The notes: a model not told the origin generated them from the sequence alone. A stretch of 64,000 nt of DNA from Nitrospinaceae bacterium (GCA_021604505.1 BQJC01000003.1:470439-534438); one strand, 5' to 3'. Shown: positions 37,322-47,354, counted from the stretch's first letter. A program made the numbers and translations.

Positions 37322-38428
37322 ATGAAACTTATGGATAATCACCACCCAGATCCGGAGCACAGGATGCGGGGTTACCTGCAAAAGATCGCCACCGGGCCCA
37401 AAATGAGCAAAGACCTGACCCGCGAGGAGGCCGAAGACGCTCTCACATCGATCCTGAACGGTTCCGTGTCCCCAATTCGGGCGGGGATATTTCTCATCGC
37501 CGCACGGATGAAGCTCGAAACCGTCGAAGAAAATATCGGCTATTGGCAGGCCCTCGATCGCACCACGGTCAAAGAGGAAGTTCCATTTGAAAAGCTTCTG
37601 CAAATCGCCGATCCGTTCGATGGGTTCGACCGTGTCCCCTATTTCGGTTTTTTCACGGTGCCCGTTTTGGCGGCAATGGCTTTACCGGCTTATGGGCATT
37701 CGACTCAGTCTTTGCCGCCCAAGTTCGGCATCACCTTTGAAGACCTTCTCGTCAAACACTATGGCGTTGCATCCGAAAACAGCCGTGAAAAACGAATGGC
37801 CTTGTTGAAAAAATACCGGTTTGCGTTTCTCAGCACCCGGCATACCAACCCGCCTCTAGAGACCCTCCGCGCCATGCGGGAAGAAATCGTGAAGCGGCCG
37901 ATGCTGGCGACGCTGGAAAAAATATTGATGCCCGTAAAAGCCAAGCCGGGAGGCAACTTTCTGGCCTCTGGGTATTTTCATAAAGGCTATGAAATCTCCA
38001 TGCTGGCGGTGGCGCGATTGTGCGGATTCGATAAAACCATCCTGGGAAACGGCATGGAAGGCACGACACTTTATGGAGTCCACAAGGATGCCAGGGTGTT
38101 TATCGATTCAAGAGAAAAAGACCCGTTGGAGAAAAAACTGACTCTGCAAAATATGTTTTCGTCCAGGACCTCCCAGCTTCTTGAAACAACTTACCAGGAA
38201 TTGAAAAACGAAACCGCATCGTTGCAGTTTTTATCAAAGTGGGGAGAAGAAGCTCTCAAAAACAATCAGGGTCCCGCCGCTCCTCTCATCGCCTGCCACG
38301 CCGGGACACTTTGTCATCTTTTAGGAATGTTCAGGAGCCCACAGGAAGGATTTGACGCGGCCCGCCAAATATTGCAGGGCGGAACCTGTTATTCGCAATT
38401 GATGCAGTTCCTTGAAGAAATCAAGTGA
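37322..38428 (+). CDS. anthranilate phosphoribosyltransferase-like (glycosyltransferase family 3) protein, divergent
   Basis: 368 aa. The N-terminal helical domain (YLQKIATGPKMSKDLTREEAEDALTSILNGSVSPIRAGIFLIAARMKLETVEE) matches the family. The canonical GTGGD PRPP loop is not seen; ADPFDGFDR occupies that position. Confidence 0.6.
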   Translation: MKLMDNHHPDPEHRMRGYLQKIATGPKMSKDLTREEAEDALTSILNGSVSPIRAGIFLIAARMKLETVEENIGYWQALDRTTVKEEVPFEKLLQIADPFDGFDRVPYFGFFTVPVLAAMALPAYGHSTQSLPPKFGITFEDLLVKHYGVASENSREKRMALLKKYRFAFLSTRHTNPPLETLRAMREEIVKRPMLATLEKILMPVKAKPGGNFLASGYFHKGYEISMLAVARLCGFDKTILGNGMEGTTLYGVHKDARVFIDSREKDPLEKKLTLQNMFSSRTSQLLETTYQELKNETASLQFLSKWGEEALKNNQGPAAPLIACHAGTLCHLLGMFRSPQEGFDAARQILQGGTCYSQLMQFLEEIK

Positions 38429-38455
38429 TCCAGCGGCCTAGGGAAGAAGTTTAAA

Positions 38456-38575
38456 GGTTCCCCCTTTATAAAGGGGGTTAGGGGGATTTCTAATGCAGGC
38501 TTTTTAAAGTTGCATAAATTATTTTTGTTTGCATAGGGTTTCAAAATCCCCCCGGCCCTTTCGTGGAAGGGGAGC
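38456..38575. repeat. pair of ~33-nt G5/C5 hairpin repeat modules (REP-like), diverging arrangement
   Basis: 38456-38490 is GGTTCCCCCTTTATAAAGGGGGTTAGGGGGATTTC. 38542-38575 is CAAAATCCCCCCGGCCCTTTCGTGGAAGGGGAGC. Both modules recur, reverse-complemented, at 57062-57138. Confidence 0.8.
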
Positions 38576-38634
38576 TAATGATTCCCCTTATACTCATCGC
38601 ACATCAATATTGAGTCCAGCGTCACGCTGGCGAC

Positions 38635-39312
38635 TTATTCTGAAGAAACCGGGGAAAGCATGGGTTCGAGATGTTTCCACACGGTCTGGGTCACGACCTT
38701 ATACCCGGAGCCAAGCGGGTGAATACCGTCGTTCTGCGTGTACTCCTTTTTTGCGGCCACCCCTTCCAAAAGAAAAGGAAGCAACGGCAGTTCATACTCT
38801 TTTGCAAGGCGAAAATACACCTCCACAAAATCCTGAGAGTATTTTTCTCCATAGTTAGGAGGGATTTTCATTCCGGCTAACAGCACTTCTGCCTTGTGTT
38901 CACGGCAGATTTCGATGATCCGCTTTAAATTGGCGTACATTTCATCGATAGCCAGACCGCGCAAACCGTCATTGGCGCCGAGAGCGAGAATGACAATCCG
39001 GGGCTTGTGCTTCAGCAACCACGAGATGCGCCGGACGCCGCCTGCCGTGGTGTCGCCGCTCACCCCGGCATTGACCACACGATGCGGATATCCCTTCGCG
39101 TGCAATATCGTTTGCAGACGGGACGGATAACTTTCCCGGTCCGGGACACCGTGGCCGGCAGTCAAACTGTCACCAAACGCCAAAATCACGGGAGGGGACC
39201 CTCCTTCCACGAAAGGGATAAAAACAAGGATCAAAAAAAATGCGCCGCTGACAACCCAGCCGCACAACCAGGAAACCGGATAAAACCGAAAACAGGGGTT
39301 ATTTTCCTTCAT
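38635..39312 (-). CDS. SGNH/GDSL hydrolase (TesA-like arylesterase/thioesterase/lysophospholipase)
   Basis: 225 aa. It has an N-terminal TM/signal segment, block I (ILAFGDSLTAGHG), block III (GANDGLRG) and block V (NDGIHPL). It is divergent from the ybbA/ybbP-like genes, as in E. coli. Confidence 0.8.
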   Translation of the reverse strand: MKENNPCFRFYPVSWLCGWVVSGAFFLILVFIPFVEGGSPPVILAFGDSLTAGHGVPDRESYPSRLQTILHAKGYPHRVVNAGVSGDTTAGGVRRISWLLKHKPRIVILALGANDGLRGLAIDEMYANLKRIIEICREHKAEVLLAGMKIPPNYGEKYSQDFVEVYFRLAKEYELPLLPFLLEGVAAKKEYTQNDGIHPLGSGYKVVTQTVWKHLEPMLSPVSSE

Positions 39313-39400
39313 GATTTTATATTAGAATAAATAGTACCCCAAATCAACGACTCCGCCCGAAACGCGCAAACGGACGGGGACCCCAACAAGGAAACTCGCG

Positions 39401-40111
39401 GTGATCCAAATCAGTCAATTAAAAAAGAGCCTTTACGGAGGCGGGCATCGGGTAGATATTTTAAACGGCATCGATCTGACGATTCCCAGTGGACAATTCG
39501 TCGCGGTGATCGGCGCCTCCGGAAGCGGGAAAACCACTCTGCTCAGCCTGATAGCAGGCCTCGACATGCCCACCAGCGGAACCATCGTCATCGACGGTCA
39601 AGATATCACCCAACTCGACGAGGATGAGTTGGCCGCTCTTCGCGCCCGGCGCTTCGGTTTTATCTTTCAGAATTTTCACCTCATCCCAACATTGACCGCT
39701 CTCGAAAACGTGGTCCTGTCCGGGGAGTTGAATGGGACTTCCGGCGCCCAGAAAAAAGCACAGGATCTTTTGGGCACCGTCGGCCTGGAAGACCGCATGC
39801 ACCATTATCCCGCGCAGTTGTCCGGCGGTGAGCAACAGCGACTTTGTCTCGCGCGGGCGTTTATCAACGAACCGGAAATCATTCTGGCGGACGAACCCAC
39901 CGGCAATCTGGACTCTAAAAACAGCGAACATATTCTCGGTCTCCTTTTGGAATTGCACCGGGTGAAACAAGCGACCATCGTTCTGGTCACTCATGAGCCG
40001 GACATCGCCGCGAAAACCCAGCGCATTCTGACCATGGCCGACGGAACCCTCATTACGGACACTAAAACTCCCGTGCCATCTGTTTCTGCTTCCCGGCCTC
40101 CCGAACAATGA
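39401..40111 (+). CDS. ABC transporter ATP-binding protein (YbbA/LolD-like)
   Basis: 236 aa with a GTG start. It has Walker A ([12 protein letters not shown]), the ABC signature ([15 protein letters not shown]) and Walker B ([12 protein letters not shown]). Confidence 0.9.
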   Translation: MIQISQLKKSLYGGGHRVDILNGIDLTIPSGQFVAVIGASGSGKTTLLSLIAGLDMPTSGTIVIDGQDITQLDEDELAALRARRFGFIFQNFHLIPTLTALENVVLSGELNGTSGAQKKAQDLLGTVGLEDRMHHYPAQLSGGEQQRLCLARAFINEPEIILADEPTGNLDSKNSEHILGLLLELHRVKQATIVLVTHEPDIAAKTQRILTMADGTLITDTKTPVPSVSASRPPEQ

Positions 40112-42705
40112 GCATCACTGAAAAACCACAGGGCCAACTCAGCCCGCCACAAATCGCGGCCCTTGTCCTCGCCGAATTTCGCGGCGCCTGGAAACGGTTT
40201 ATATTTTTCATCATCTGTATTGCCATCGGCGTTGGCGCGGTGATGACGATCAAGAGCCTGGCCAATATTCTGAACAATGCCGTCAACAAGGAATCGAAAA
40301 GCCTGCTGGCGGCGGACATCGCCGTCCAGGGAAGCTGGGAACAAACCGCAAAGGATCGCGAATTCCTGAAGCAGGCCCTGCCGCCCGAAACGGAATTTCT
40401 ATTCATCAAAGAACTGCACGGCATGGCCCGCTACAAAAAACCGGGCAACGCAGGCGGCACCCATTCCGGCTCACTGATCGTTGAGTTGAAATCCATTCCC
40501 CTCACAAAACCCCACTACCCCTTGTACGGCGAATTAGAAACCGCACCCGCGCAGGCGATTGACAAATCGCTGGCCGATCACGGCGCATTGGTCGAACCTT
40601 CTTTTTTGATGCGCACCCGCTTAAAAGTCGGCGACACCTTCAGCCTCGGAAAAACCCAGGCACGCATTGTGGGGACGATCCTGTCCGAACCCGACCGAAT
40701 ATCGCGCGCGTTCAGCATCGGGCCACGCATATTCGTATCGCAGGCAACCCTCGATGAAGCCCAGTTGATCCAACCGGGAAGCCGGGTGAAACACCGGACG
40801 CTGATCCGCCTTCCCGATTCCCTGCCGCCGGAAACAGCCGTCGCCATTTTAAAGGCCGGACTTGAAGACAAATCCCTGCGGTTCAAATCCTACAAAGACA
40901 TGCAGTCGTCTCTCACCGATTCCATCGAACGCATGGGCCAGTACCTCGGAGCCTTGGGCGTCATCGCCCTGATCATGGGAGGCATCGGTGTGGCGATGAT
41001 CATCCGCACATTCATGGCGCAAAAACTCGACACCATCGCCATCTTAAACTGCATGGGCGCATCATCAAAAACCATATTGAAAGTCTATCTCCTGCAATCC
41101 CTGCTCCTGGGATTGACAGGAAGTTTATTGGGCGTGACCCTCGGTTACACCGCCCTGTACCTTCTTCCCGCGAAGCTCGCCGGATTGTTGAACATCGAAT
41201 TTCAGCCGGGGTTTTACTGGGTGCCGGCCCTGCAGTCCATCTGTCTTGGGCTGTTGACCACCCTGCTGTTTTGCACGTGGCCGCTGATCCGCGCGGTCAA
41301 AACGCGGCCTTTAAGGCTGTTTCGCCGCAATTTTGAAGAGGAGGAAATCTCAAAAGGCAGTCGACTGGAACGCTGGATAGCCGGGTCGACGATGGTGGCG
41401 GGATTGGCGGTGATCGTTTTCTGGCAGGCGGAATCGCTGAAGCGCGGCGCCATATTTCTTTTCGCGCTGATCCTCTCGACGCTGATCCTGAGGGCCGTAT
41501 CGCTGGGCCTGTTGAAATCCCTGCGCAAAGTTCCGCCGTCCGGATCAATGACGAGACGCTACGGCTTGGCCAATCTCTACCGTCCCAACAACCAGGCGGC
41601 ATCCATCATTACCTGCTTAGGCCTTGGCATCATGCTGGTGCTCACCGTTCGGCTGGTGCAAATGGACATGCTGTCGATGCTATCGTCCAATACCGAAATC
41701 AATCCGCCCAATTATTTTTACATCGACATCCAGTCGGATCAAACCGAACGCTTCACGCAAATTTTAGATCAAACCGTCCCCGAAGCCGAACGTGAACTGA
41801 TTCCTCTCATCCGCTCGCGCCTGTACAGTGCCGATGGGAAAAAAACCTCGGAGTGGCAATATAAGAACCGCCGTGAAGAAGAGTGGTTCATCACCCGCAG
41901 TTTCGTGCTGACCCACATGGCCGGTCCACCCCCCAAGGACAATAAAATCATCGAAGGCAAATGGTGGAGCGAGGAGGAAGCTTCTACGCCGCAGGTGTCT
42001 CTCGAGGAAGACGCGGCCCGAAGACTCGGGCTGACGATAGGATCCGAGCTCACCGTCGAGATTCAGGGGATTCAAGTCTCGGCTCCCGTCACCAGCATCC
42101 GCAAAGTCAACTGGCGCAATATGCGCACCAATTTTTATATGATATTTTCACCCGGGGCGTTGGAGGGAGCACCCATCACCTATGTCGCCACGGTCAACGT
42201 TCCCGAAGAAAAAGAACTTTCTCTTCAACAGGCGGTCATCGATCAATTGCCCAACGTCACTGCTCTTAGCACACGCGACATCGTCAACACGGTGGAATCG
42301 GTGGTCGGGAAATTAAAAACCCTGGTGGATTTCATGTCCGGGTTCAGCATCTTGTCCGGTCTGATCATCCTGTCCGGGTCGATCGCCTCCACCAAATTTC
42401 GCCGACTGAAAGAATCGGCGATATTAAAAATATTGGGCGCCCGCCGTAAAATGGTGGCCAGTATCCTGGGAGTCGAGTACGCCATTTTAGGCTTAATATC
42501 CGGAGTCATGGGCGCCGGGCTGTCCTGTCTCCTGGCCTGGGGAGTTATGAAGTACATGGTCAAATCCGAATGGCACCTCTACCCTTCCATCCTGTTGTGG
42601 ACGCTTTTCCTAAGCGTTTTACTCACCACCGGGACCGGCATTCTGAGCAGTCTGGACGTCTTAAAAAACAAACCTTTCAAGACCCTCCGGCAAGCCGACA
42701 GCTGA
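40108..42705 (+). CDS. FtsX-family ABC permease with duplicated FtsX domains (YbbP-like)
   Basis: 865 aa. It overlaps the ATPase gene by 4 nt. It contains two blocks of 4-TM FtsX-like helices, each preceded by a large periplasmic loop. Confidence 0.8.
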   Translation: MSITEKPQGQLSPPQIAALVLAEFRGAWKRFIFFIICIAIGVGAVMTIKSLANILNNAVNKESKSLLAADIAVQGSWEQTAKDREFLKQALPPETEFLFIKELHGMARYKKPGNAGGTHSGSLIVELKSIPLTKPHYPLYGELETAPAQAIDKSLADHGALVEPSFLMRTRLKVGDTFSLGKTQARIVGTILSEPDRISRAFSIGPRIFVSQATLDEAQLIQPGSRVKHRTLIRLPDSLPPETAVAILKAGLEDKSLRFKSYKDMQSSLTDSIERMGQYLGALGVIALIMGGIGVAMIIRTFMAQKLDTIAILNCMGASSKTILKVYLLQSLLLGLTGSLLGVTLGYTALYLLPAKLAGLLNIEFQPGFYWVPALQSICLGLLTTLLFCTWPLIRAVKTRPLRLFRRNFEEEEISKGSRLERWIAGSTMVAGLAVIVFWQAESLKRGAIFLFALILSTLILRAVSLGLLKSLRKVPPSGSMTRRYGLANLYRPNNQAASIITCLGLGIMLVLTVRLVQMDMLSMLSSNTEINPPNYFYIDIQSDQTERFTQILDQTVPEAERELIPLIRSRLYSADGKKTSEWQYKNRREEEWFITRSFVLTHMAGPPPKDNKIIEGKWWSEEEASTPQVSLEEDAARRLGLTIGSELTVEIQGIQVSAPVTSIRKVNWRNMRTNFYMIFSPGALEGAPITYVATVNVPEEKELSLQQAVIDQLPNVTALSTRDIVNTVESVVGKLKTLVDFMSGFSILSGLIILSGSIASTKFRRLKESAILKILGARRKMVASILGVEYAILGLISGVMGAGLSCLLAWGVMKYMVKSEWHLYPSILLWTLFLSVLLTTGTGILSSLDVLKNKPFKTLRQADS

Positions 42706-42944
42706 TTTTCAGGAAAAACTCTCTCCCAAATTTACGCAGGGTTGAGTAAAATATTGGACGAATGGAACGATCACCGGTGAAAGCACAGGGTTAATGTGGA
42801 CCCCAATGGACAGTTATCGGGCTTTTAAAAGTTTCCTGAATTGTCATCGGGCAGGAAAATACGCAAACGGGAGGATGCTCCGATTGGCGGATTTCGCACC
42901 GTCTAAGGCATCCGATGATTTGCCAGGAATAGGTGGGTGAAAAA

Positions 42945-43541
42945 ATGAGTCGATACCTTCAAAAAAACATGCTTAAAATAGTTGCCTCCGGCATTTTTCT
43001 TTCCGCTCTCTTCAGCCCTCCCGGCCCCGTTTATGCGGACATAACGGATATCGGACCGAAATCCGGCTACGAGGCTCCAGCCTACGTCCCTCCCCCACCG
43101 CCCGTATCAAAACTTCACTTGATCGACAATGGCGACGGCACCATCAGCGACCCTGATTCCGGCCTCATGTGGACGAAAAAAGACAGTTACGCCCATATGG
43201 GAAAATGTTTAAACTGGAATCAGGCGGCGGAGTATGTCGAAAGTCTCCAAACCGGGGGATATGATAACTGGAGAATGCCAGACATTCCAGAACTTGCCGG
43301 GATTTACGACAATACCAAGGAAAATCTAGGAAGCATGGACCACGACCCGGAAAACCCGCTGGCCCTGGATGAAAAGTTCGCGGACGGCGCGGCTTATTGG
43401 TACTGGTCTTCAGATCATCAGAAAACAAAACTCGCCGATTGTTGCGCGAGAACCTTTTATTTCGTCACTGGAATGGCTCACACACGCCGTTTCACCATGT
43501 GCAGTAAAGGAGGGGTCAGGGGAGTGAGAGACATAAAGTAA
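42945..43541 (+). CDS. secreted DUF1566 (Lcl C-terminal domain) protein
   Basis: The track ORF starts at GTG 42933. ATG 42945 is preceded by AGGTGG at an 8-nt spacing. A signal peptide is present. Motifs present: TISDPDSGLMWTKKDS and NWNQAAEYVESLQTGGYDNWRMPDIPEL. Confidence 0.7.
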   Translation: MSRYLQKNMLKIVASGIFLSALFSPPGPVYADITDIGPKSGYEAPAYVPPPPPVSKLHLIDNGDGTISDPDSGLMWTKKDSYAHMGKCLNWNQAAEYVESLQTGGYDNWRMPDIPELAGIYDNTKENLGSMDHDPENPLALDEKFADGAAYWYWSSDHQKTKLADCCARTFYFVTGMAHTRRFTMCSKGGVRGVRDIK

Positions 43542-43593
43542 CGCGTCCCGAAAACCATCTCCTCTCTCAGCACTCAAAGTTTCTTCACGGAGT

Positions 43594-43977
43594 CTATTTC
43601 GTACGGCGGCACAACCAGGCGCAATTTCCGAAATCACTTTCACAACGGTCTGTCTTGCCTTTTATACAATGCCGGAATTCCGCCCGGTTGGGACTTCCCT
43701 CGTGGCACAACGGAACCACCAGGGCGATGCAGGCATCCAGCAAATCTTTGCAACAGCCAGCGCATTTTTCCATGGAGCCTGTCTGAAAACAAGCGCCCTC
43801 ATTGCCTCCGGCTTGTGCCAGTTCGGCGAGCGCCTTCTGAATGGGAAGCGTTTGGAATATTCCCGATGCTTCAGATGCCGGTTTGAAGCCCTCCGCCCAG
43901 GACAACTGGGCAAAAACCATCAAACTCATCAAAAAGCCCAAACTAGCTATCTTAATAAAAAGGCGAGGTTTCATCAT
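43594..43977 (-). CDS. small secreted Cys-rich protein, unknown function
   Basis: 127 aa. It has a signal peptide (IASLGFLMSLMVFAQLSWAEG), and the mature part contains 10 Cys, including CAGCC. No family is recognised. Confidence 0.5.
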   Translation of the reverse strand: MMKPRLFIKIASLGFLMSLMVFAQLSWAEGFKPASEASGIFQTLPIQKALAELAQAGGNEGACFQTGSMEKCAGCCKDLLDACIALVVPLCHEGSPNRAEFRHCIKGKTDRCESDFGNCAWLCRRTK

Positions 43978-44117
43978 CGCTCATCCTCAATTTAGGGGGA
44001 TCAAAATATACTCGAGTCCACGCACTCTCAAGAGCCGCATTTACGGGATTCTACCAAAAAACAGAGTCCAGTGAAAATCAATCCCTGGGCGAAATGAATG
44101 AACCGTTTTTAGGGAGT

Positions 44118-44822
44118 TTATTTTTTAGAAAAGGGGACCGTATTTTCCGATATTTTATTGAAATGACGGATGATCTCGCCTTCCACCATATAGATGACAT
44201 CCTCAGCGATGTTGGTCGCATGATCGGCCACCCGCTCCAGATAACGGGACGCTGAAAGGAGCTGGATGAGGCTACTTAAACTCTCCGGGTCTTTTTTTAT
44301 TTCGGCTTCGACACGGGAAAAAACGTCCCGGTTCATCGCATCCACTTCGTCATCGGCCATACACACCTGACGCGCAAGGTTCACGTCCTGATTGACCAGG
44401 GCATCCAGACTGCCCTTCAGCATGATTTGCGTTTTTTCAGACATGCTCTGAAAATCGAAGGGAAGATCCACTCGATCATGCGTGGAAAGATGCATCGCCC
44501 GCTCAGCAATGTTGACCGCCAGATCACCGATTCGTTCGAGGTCGTTATTGATTTTTAGGATGGCGATGATCAACCTGAGATCGTTGGCAACCGGTTGATG
44601 AAGCGCTAAAATCTTGAGGCATTCCTCTTCGACAACCACTTCCATCTGATCGATTTCAAAGTCAGAATCAATCACCTTCAAAGCCAAAACGGGGTCTCTT
44701 CGCGTCAAGGATCTTGCCGCCCGTTGGACGCCGGCTTCCACACTCGCGCCCAGGGACAGAATCCTTTCTTTAAGACTTGCAATTTCTTTTTCCAGATGTT
44801 TGGGATGTCTTGCCATAATCAT
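44118..44822 (-). CDS. phoU: phosphate signalling complex protein PhoU
   Basis: 234 aa. It shows the two-repeat PhoU architecture (DSDFEIDQMEV..., ADDEVDAMNRDV...). It lies directly after pstB. Confidence 0.92.
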   Translation of the reverse strand: MIMARHPKHLEKEIASLKERILSLGASVEAGVQRAARSLTRRDPVLALKVIDSDFEIDQMEVVVEEECLKILALHQPVANDLRLIIAILKINNDLERIGDLAVNIAERAMHLSTHDRVDLPFDFQSMSEKTQIMLKGSLDALVNQDVNLARQVCMADDEVDAMNRDVFSRVEAEIKKDPESLSSLIQLLSASRYLERVADHATNIAEDVIYMVEGEIIRHFNKISENTVPFSKK

Positions 44823-44834
44823 CGTCCTCTTTAT

Positions 44835-45707
44835 TTATCCGAATCGACCGGTAATATAATCTTCAGTTTCTTGCTTCTCCGGTTTGGTGAACATGCGGTG
44901 GGTGAGTCCAAACTCCATCAAATCCCCTAACAGCATAAACCCCGTAAAATCGGCGATCCTGGACGCCTGTTGCATGTTGTGGGTCACAATGACAATCGTA
45001 TATTTTTCTTTCAGCTCAAACACCAATTCTTCGATCTTTCCCGTCGACAGAGGGTCCAGTGCCGAACACGGTTCATCCATCAGAAGCACTTCCGGTTCGA
45101 CTGCGATGGCGCGGGCAATGCACAAACGCTGCTGCTGTCCTCCGGACAACGCCAGAGCACTTTCATAAAGACGGTCTTTCACCTCTTCCCACAAGGCCAC
45201 CGATTTTAAGCTTTTTTCAACACTTTCCCTCAGCCTGGCTTTGTCCTTGAGCCCATGAATCCTTGGACCATAGGCAACATTTTCAAAAATGGTCTTGGGA
45301 AACGGGTTGAACTTTTGAAAAACCATTCCCACTCGCTTACGTAACACGCTTATATCTTCAGCCTGTTGATGCTGGTTCACACCGCCAATCTTGATGCTTC
45401 CCTCCATTCGTGCATTTTCCACCAGATCATTCATCCGGTTGAGACAGCGCAAAAGAGTAGATTTACCGCACCCAGACGGGCCAATGAATGCGGTGACCTT
45501 ATTTTTTGGAATGGTCATGGAAATATTATTAAGCGCCCGCTTCTCACCATAGTAGAAATTAAGATTTTCGATTTCCACCATAGGGTTTTCCAAGCCAGGC
45601 AATTCCGACCCTTCCGGCTTCCGGTTTTCCATTGTTTCTGCGGTTTCTAAATCTCCAGGTGACGAATTAGATGTTTGCATAATCGCTTTCAGTTTTATAA
45701 ATGACAT
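44835..45707 (-). CDS. pstB: phosphate ABC transporter ATP-binding protein PstB
   Basis: 290 aa. Motifs present: [12 protein letters not shown], Walker A (GPSGCGKST), the signature [14 protein letters not shown], and [20 protein letters not shown] Shine-Dalgarno precedes the ATG at 45707. Confidence 0.95.
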   Translation of the reverse strand: MSFIKLKAIMQTSNSSPGDLETAETMENRKPEGSELPGLENPMVEIENLNFYYGEKRALNNISMTIPKNKVTAFIGPSGCGKSTLLRCLNRMNDLVENARMEGSIKIGGVNQHQQAEDISVLRKRVGMVFQKFNPFPKTIFENVAYGPRIHGLKDKARLRESVEKSLKSVALWEEVKDRLYESALALSGGQQQRLCIARAIAVEPEVLLMDEPCSALDPLSTGKIEELVFELKEKYTIVIVTHNMQQASRIADFTGFMLLGDLMEFGLTHRMFTKPEKQETEDYITGRFG

Positions 45708-45725
45708 GATTTTTTTATCTCCCCA

Positions 45726-47354
45726 TCACACACCGGACACGGCCAGTTTTTTTCTCAGGCGGTTGCGCAGTAGTATGGCCGTAAAATTCAACATTAAAAT
45801 AATCACAATCAGCAATAACGTGGTGGTAAAAACCATCGGCCGGGCGGCATCGACATTCGGCGATTGAAACCCGACATCGTAGATATGAAACCCCAGATGC
45901 ATGAACTTGCGCTCCAGGTGAACGAATGGCCAGATGCCATCCACGGGAAGGGAAGGAGCCAGTTTCACGACTCCTGTGATCATGAGCGGCGCGACCTCCC
46001 CTGCCGCGCGGGCCATGGCCAAAATCAATCCCGTAAGAATCGAAGGCATGACGGCAGGCAACACCACCCGCCAGGTGGTTTCAAACTTGGTCGCGCCCAA
46101 GGCTAACGACGCTTCCCGTGTTCCATTGGAAACCGAAGCCAGACCTTCTTCCGTGGAAACGATCACAACGGGAACCGTTAAAAGCGCCATGGTCAAAGAA
46201 GCCCAAAGAATGCCACCCGTACCGAAGGTGGGTGCGGGCAAAGCTTCTGAAAAGAAAAAGTTGTCGATCGACCCTCCGACGAAGTAGATAAAAAATCCGA
46301 CTCCGAACACACCGAAAACGATGGACGGCACCCCGGCCAGATTGTTGACGGCAATGCGAACGGCGCTGACCATAGGGCCTTGTCTCGCGTATTCACGCAG
46401 ATAAAACGCGGCCAATACACCCAGCGGCGTGGCCATCAAACTCATGATCAGAACCATCATGACGGTTCCGAAAATAGCCGGAAACACGCCTCCTTCGGTA
46501 TTTGCCTCTCTGGGCTCATCGGTCACGAACTCGATCACCTTGGAAATAAAAAATTTCGTGCGGTCGAGCCACCCAAAGCTATTCGGTGCATAAACCCGGA
46601 TGACCAGGGATATTGGAACGACTTTTTCCTGACCGTCGGAAGTGGTGAAAACAACCTCGGCGGTTTGACTTTTTCGCAGTTGAGTTAACGCAGCTTCCAG
46701 CTCCCGGTATTGCTTTTGAAGCTCTTCATCTTTCGCTTTCAGACTCTCGACTTCCCGCCCACTGATGATGCCTTTGGCGGCAAGCACTTTTAAGTCGAGA
46801 CGGGTTTTTTCCAGAGAGTGATTTATAGCACCTATATCGTCCCTGGCTACTTCGTTGATCTTTTCGTGAGTTTCCGTGGAAGCTGGCAAAAGCTCATGAA
46901 CCGCTGTCAATCCCATTTCCGGCCCTCTGGCAATCACTTTGCCTTTATCTCTCACCTCTTTAATGTATCCGTAAAAATTACCCCATTCCCTTCTTTCCAC
47001 GACCATCGAATCAGCCGGTTTTTGGGTGGACCGAATCGCCTCTTCGTCGATCCACAAAAAATCGATCCCGTGAATGTCGCGGTTTCCCTGCTTGACTTGA
47101 ATTCTGTGTTTTAAAACAGCCTCCGGATTGTCCGGATCGGGGATGGCCTCGCGTCCGGTCACCTCTCCCAAAATAGTGCGTCCGTCCTCCAGGAAAAAAC
47201 TGACGGTCTCGCGCGGCCAAAAGAATTGCGCGGCATTGAAGAAAATAGCAAACAACAAGCCCGCGATCATGATCAGGGATAACGCCAGACCCGCGCCGGA
47301 CAACCAGATGAACACGTCCCCTCTTCGCCAGACTTTGTTAAACGTATGTCTCAT
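45726..47354 (-). CDS. pstA: phosphate ABC transporter permease PstA (long form)
   Basis: 542 aa. It has an N-terminal TM, a ~250-aa extracytoplasmic insert, and then the permease core with the EAA-like loop EASLALGATKFETTWRVVLPA. Confidence 0.9.
   Translation of the reverse strand: MRHTFNKVWRRGDVFIWLSGAGLALSLIMIAGLLFAIFFNAAQFFWPRETVSFFLEDGRTILGEVTGREAIPDPDNPEAVLKHRIQVKQGNRDIHGIDFLWIDEEAIRSTQKPADSMVVERREWGNFYGYIKEVRDKGKVIARGPEMGLTAVHELLPASTETHEKINEVARDDIGAINHSLEKTRLDLKVLAAKGIISGREVESLKAKDEELQKQYRELEAALTQLRKSQTAEVVFTTSDGQEKVVPISLVIRVYAPNSFGWLDRTKFFISKVIEFVTDEPREANTEGGVFPAIFGTVMMVLIMSLMATPLGVLAAFYLREYARQGPMVSAVRIAVNNLAGVPSIVFGVFGVGFFIYFVGGSIDNFFFSEALPAPTFGTGGILWASLTMALLTVPVVIVSTEEGLASVSNGTREASLALGATKFETTWRVVLPAVMPSILTGLILAMARAAGEVAPLMITGVVKLAPSLPVDGIWPFVHLERKFMHLGFHIYDVGFQSPNVDAARPMVFTTTLLLIVIILMLNFTAILLRNRLRKKLAVSGV

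Noticed and set aside
42770-42830. A GCACAGGG string in the DUF1566 leader that recalls the c-di-GMP-I (GEMM-I) riboswitch core.
   Set aside because: Only the short GCACAGGG stretch (about 8 nt) matches. The expected GCAAACC, GGGACGCAAAGCC and P1/P2 pairings are absent, so this cannot be supported without a covariance-model scan.
43981-43995. TTAGGGGGAT, a 10-nt match to part of the REP-like module.
   Set aside because: The match is too short. It lacks the C5/G5 hairpin and the AAAATCCCCC arm.
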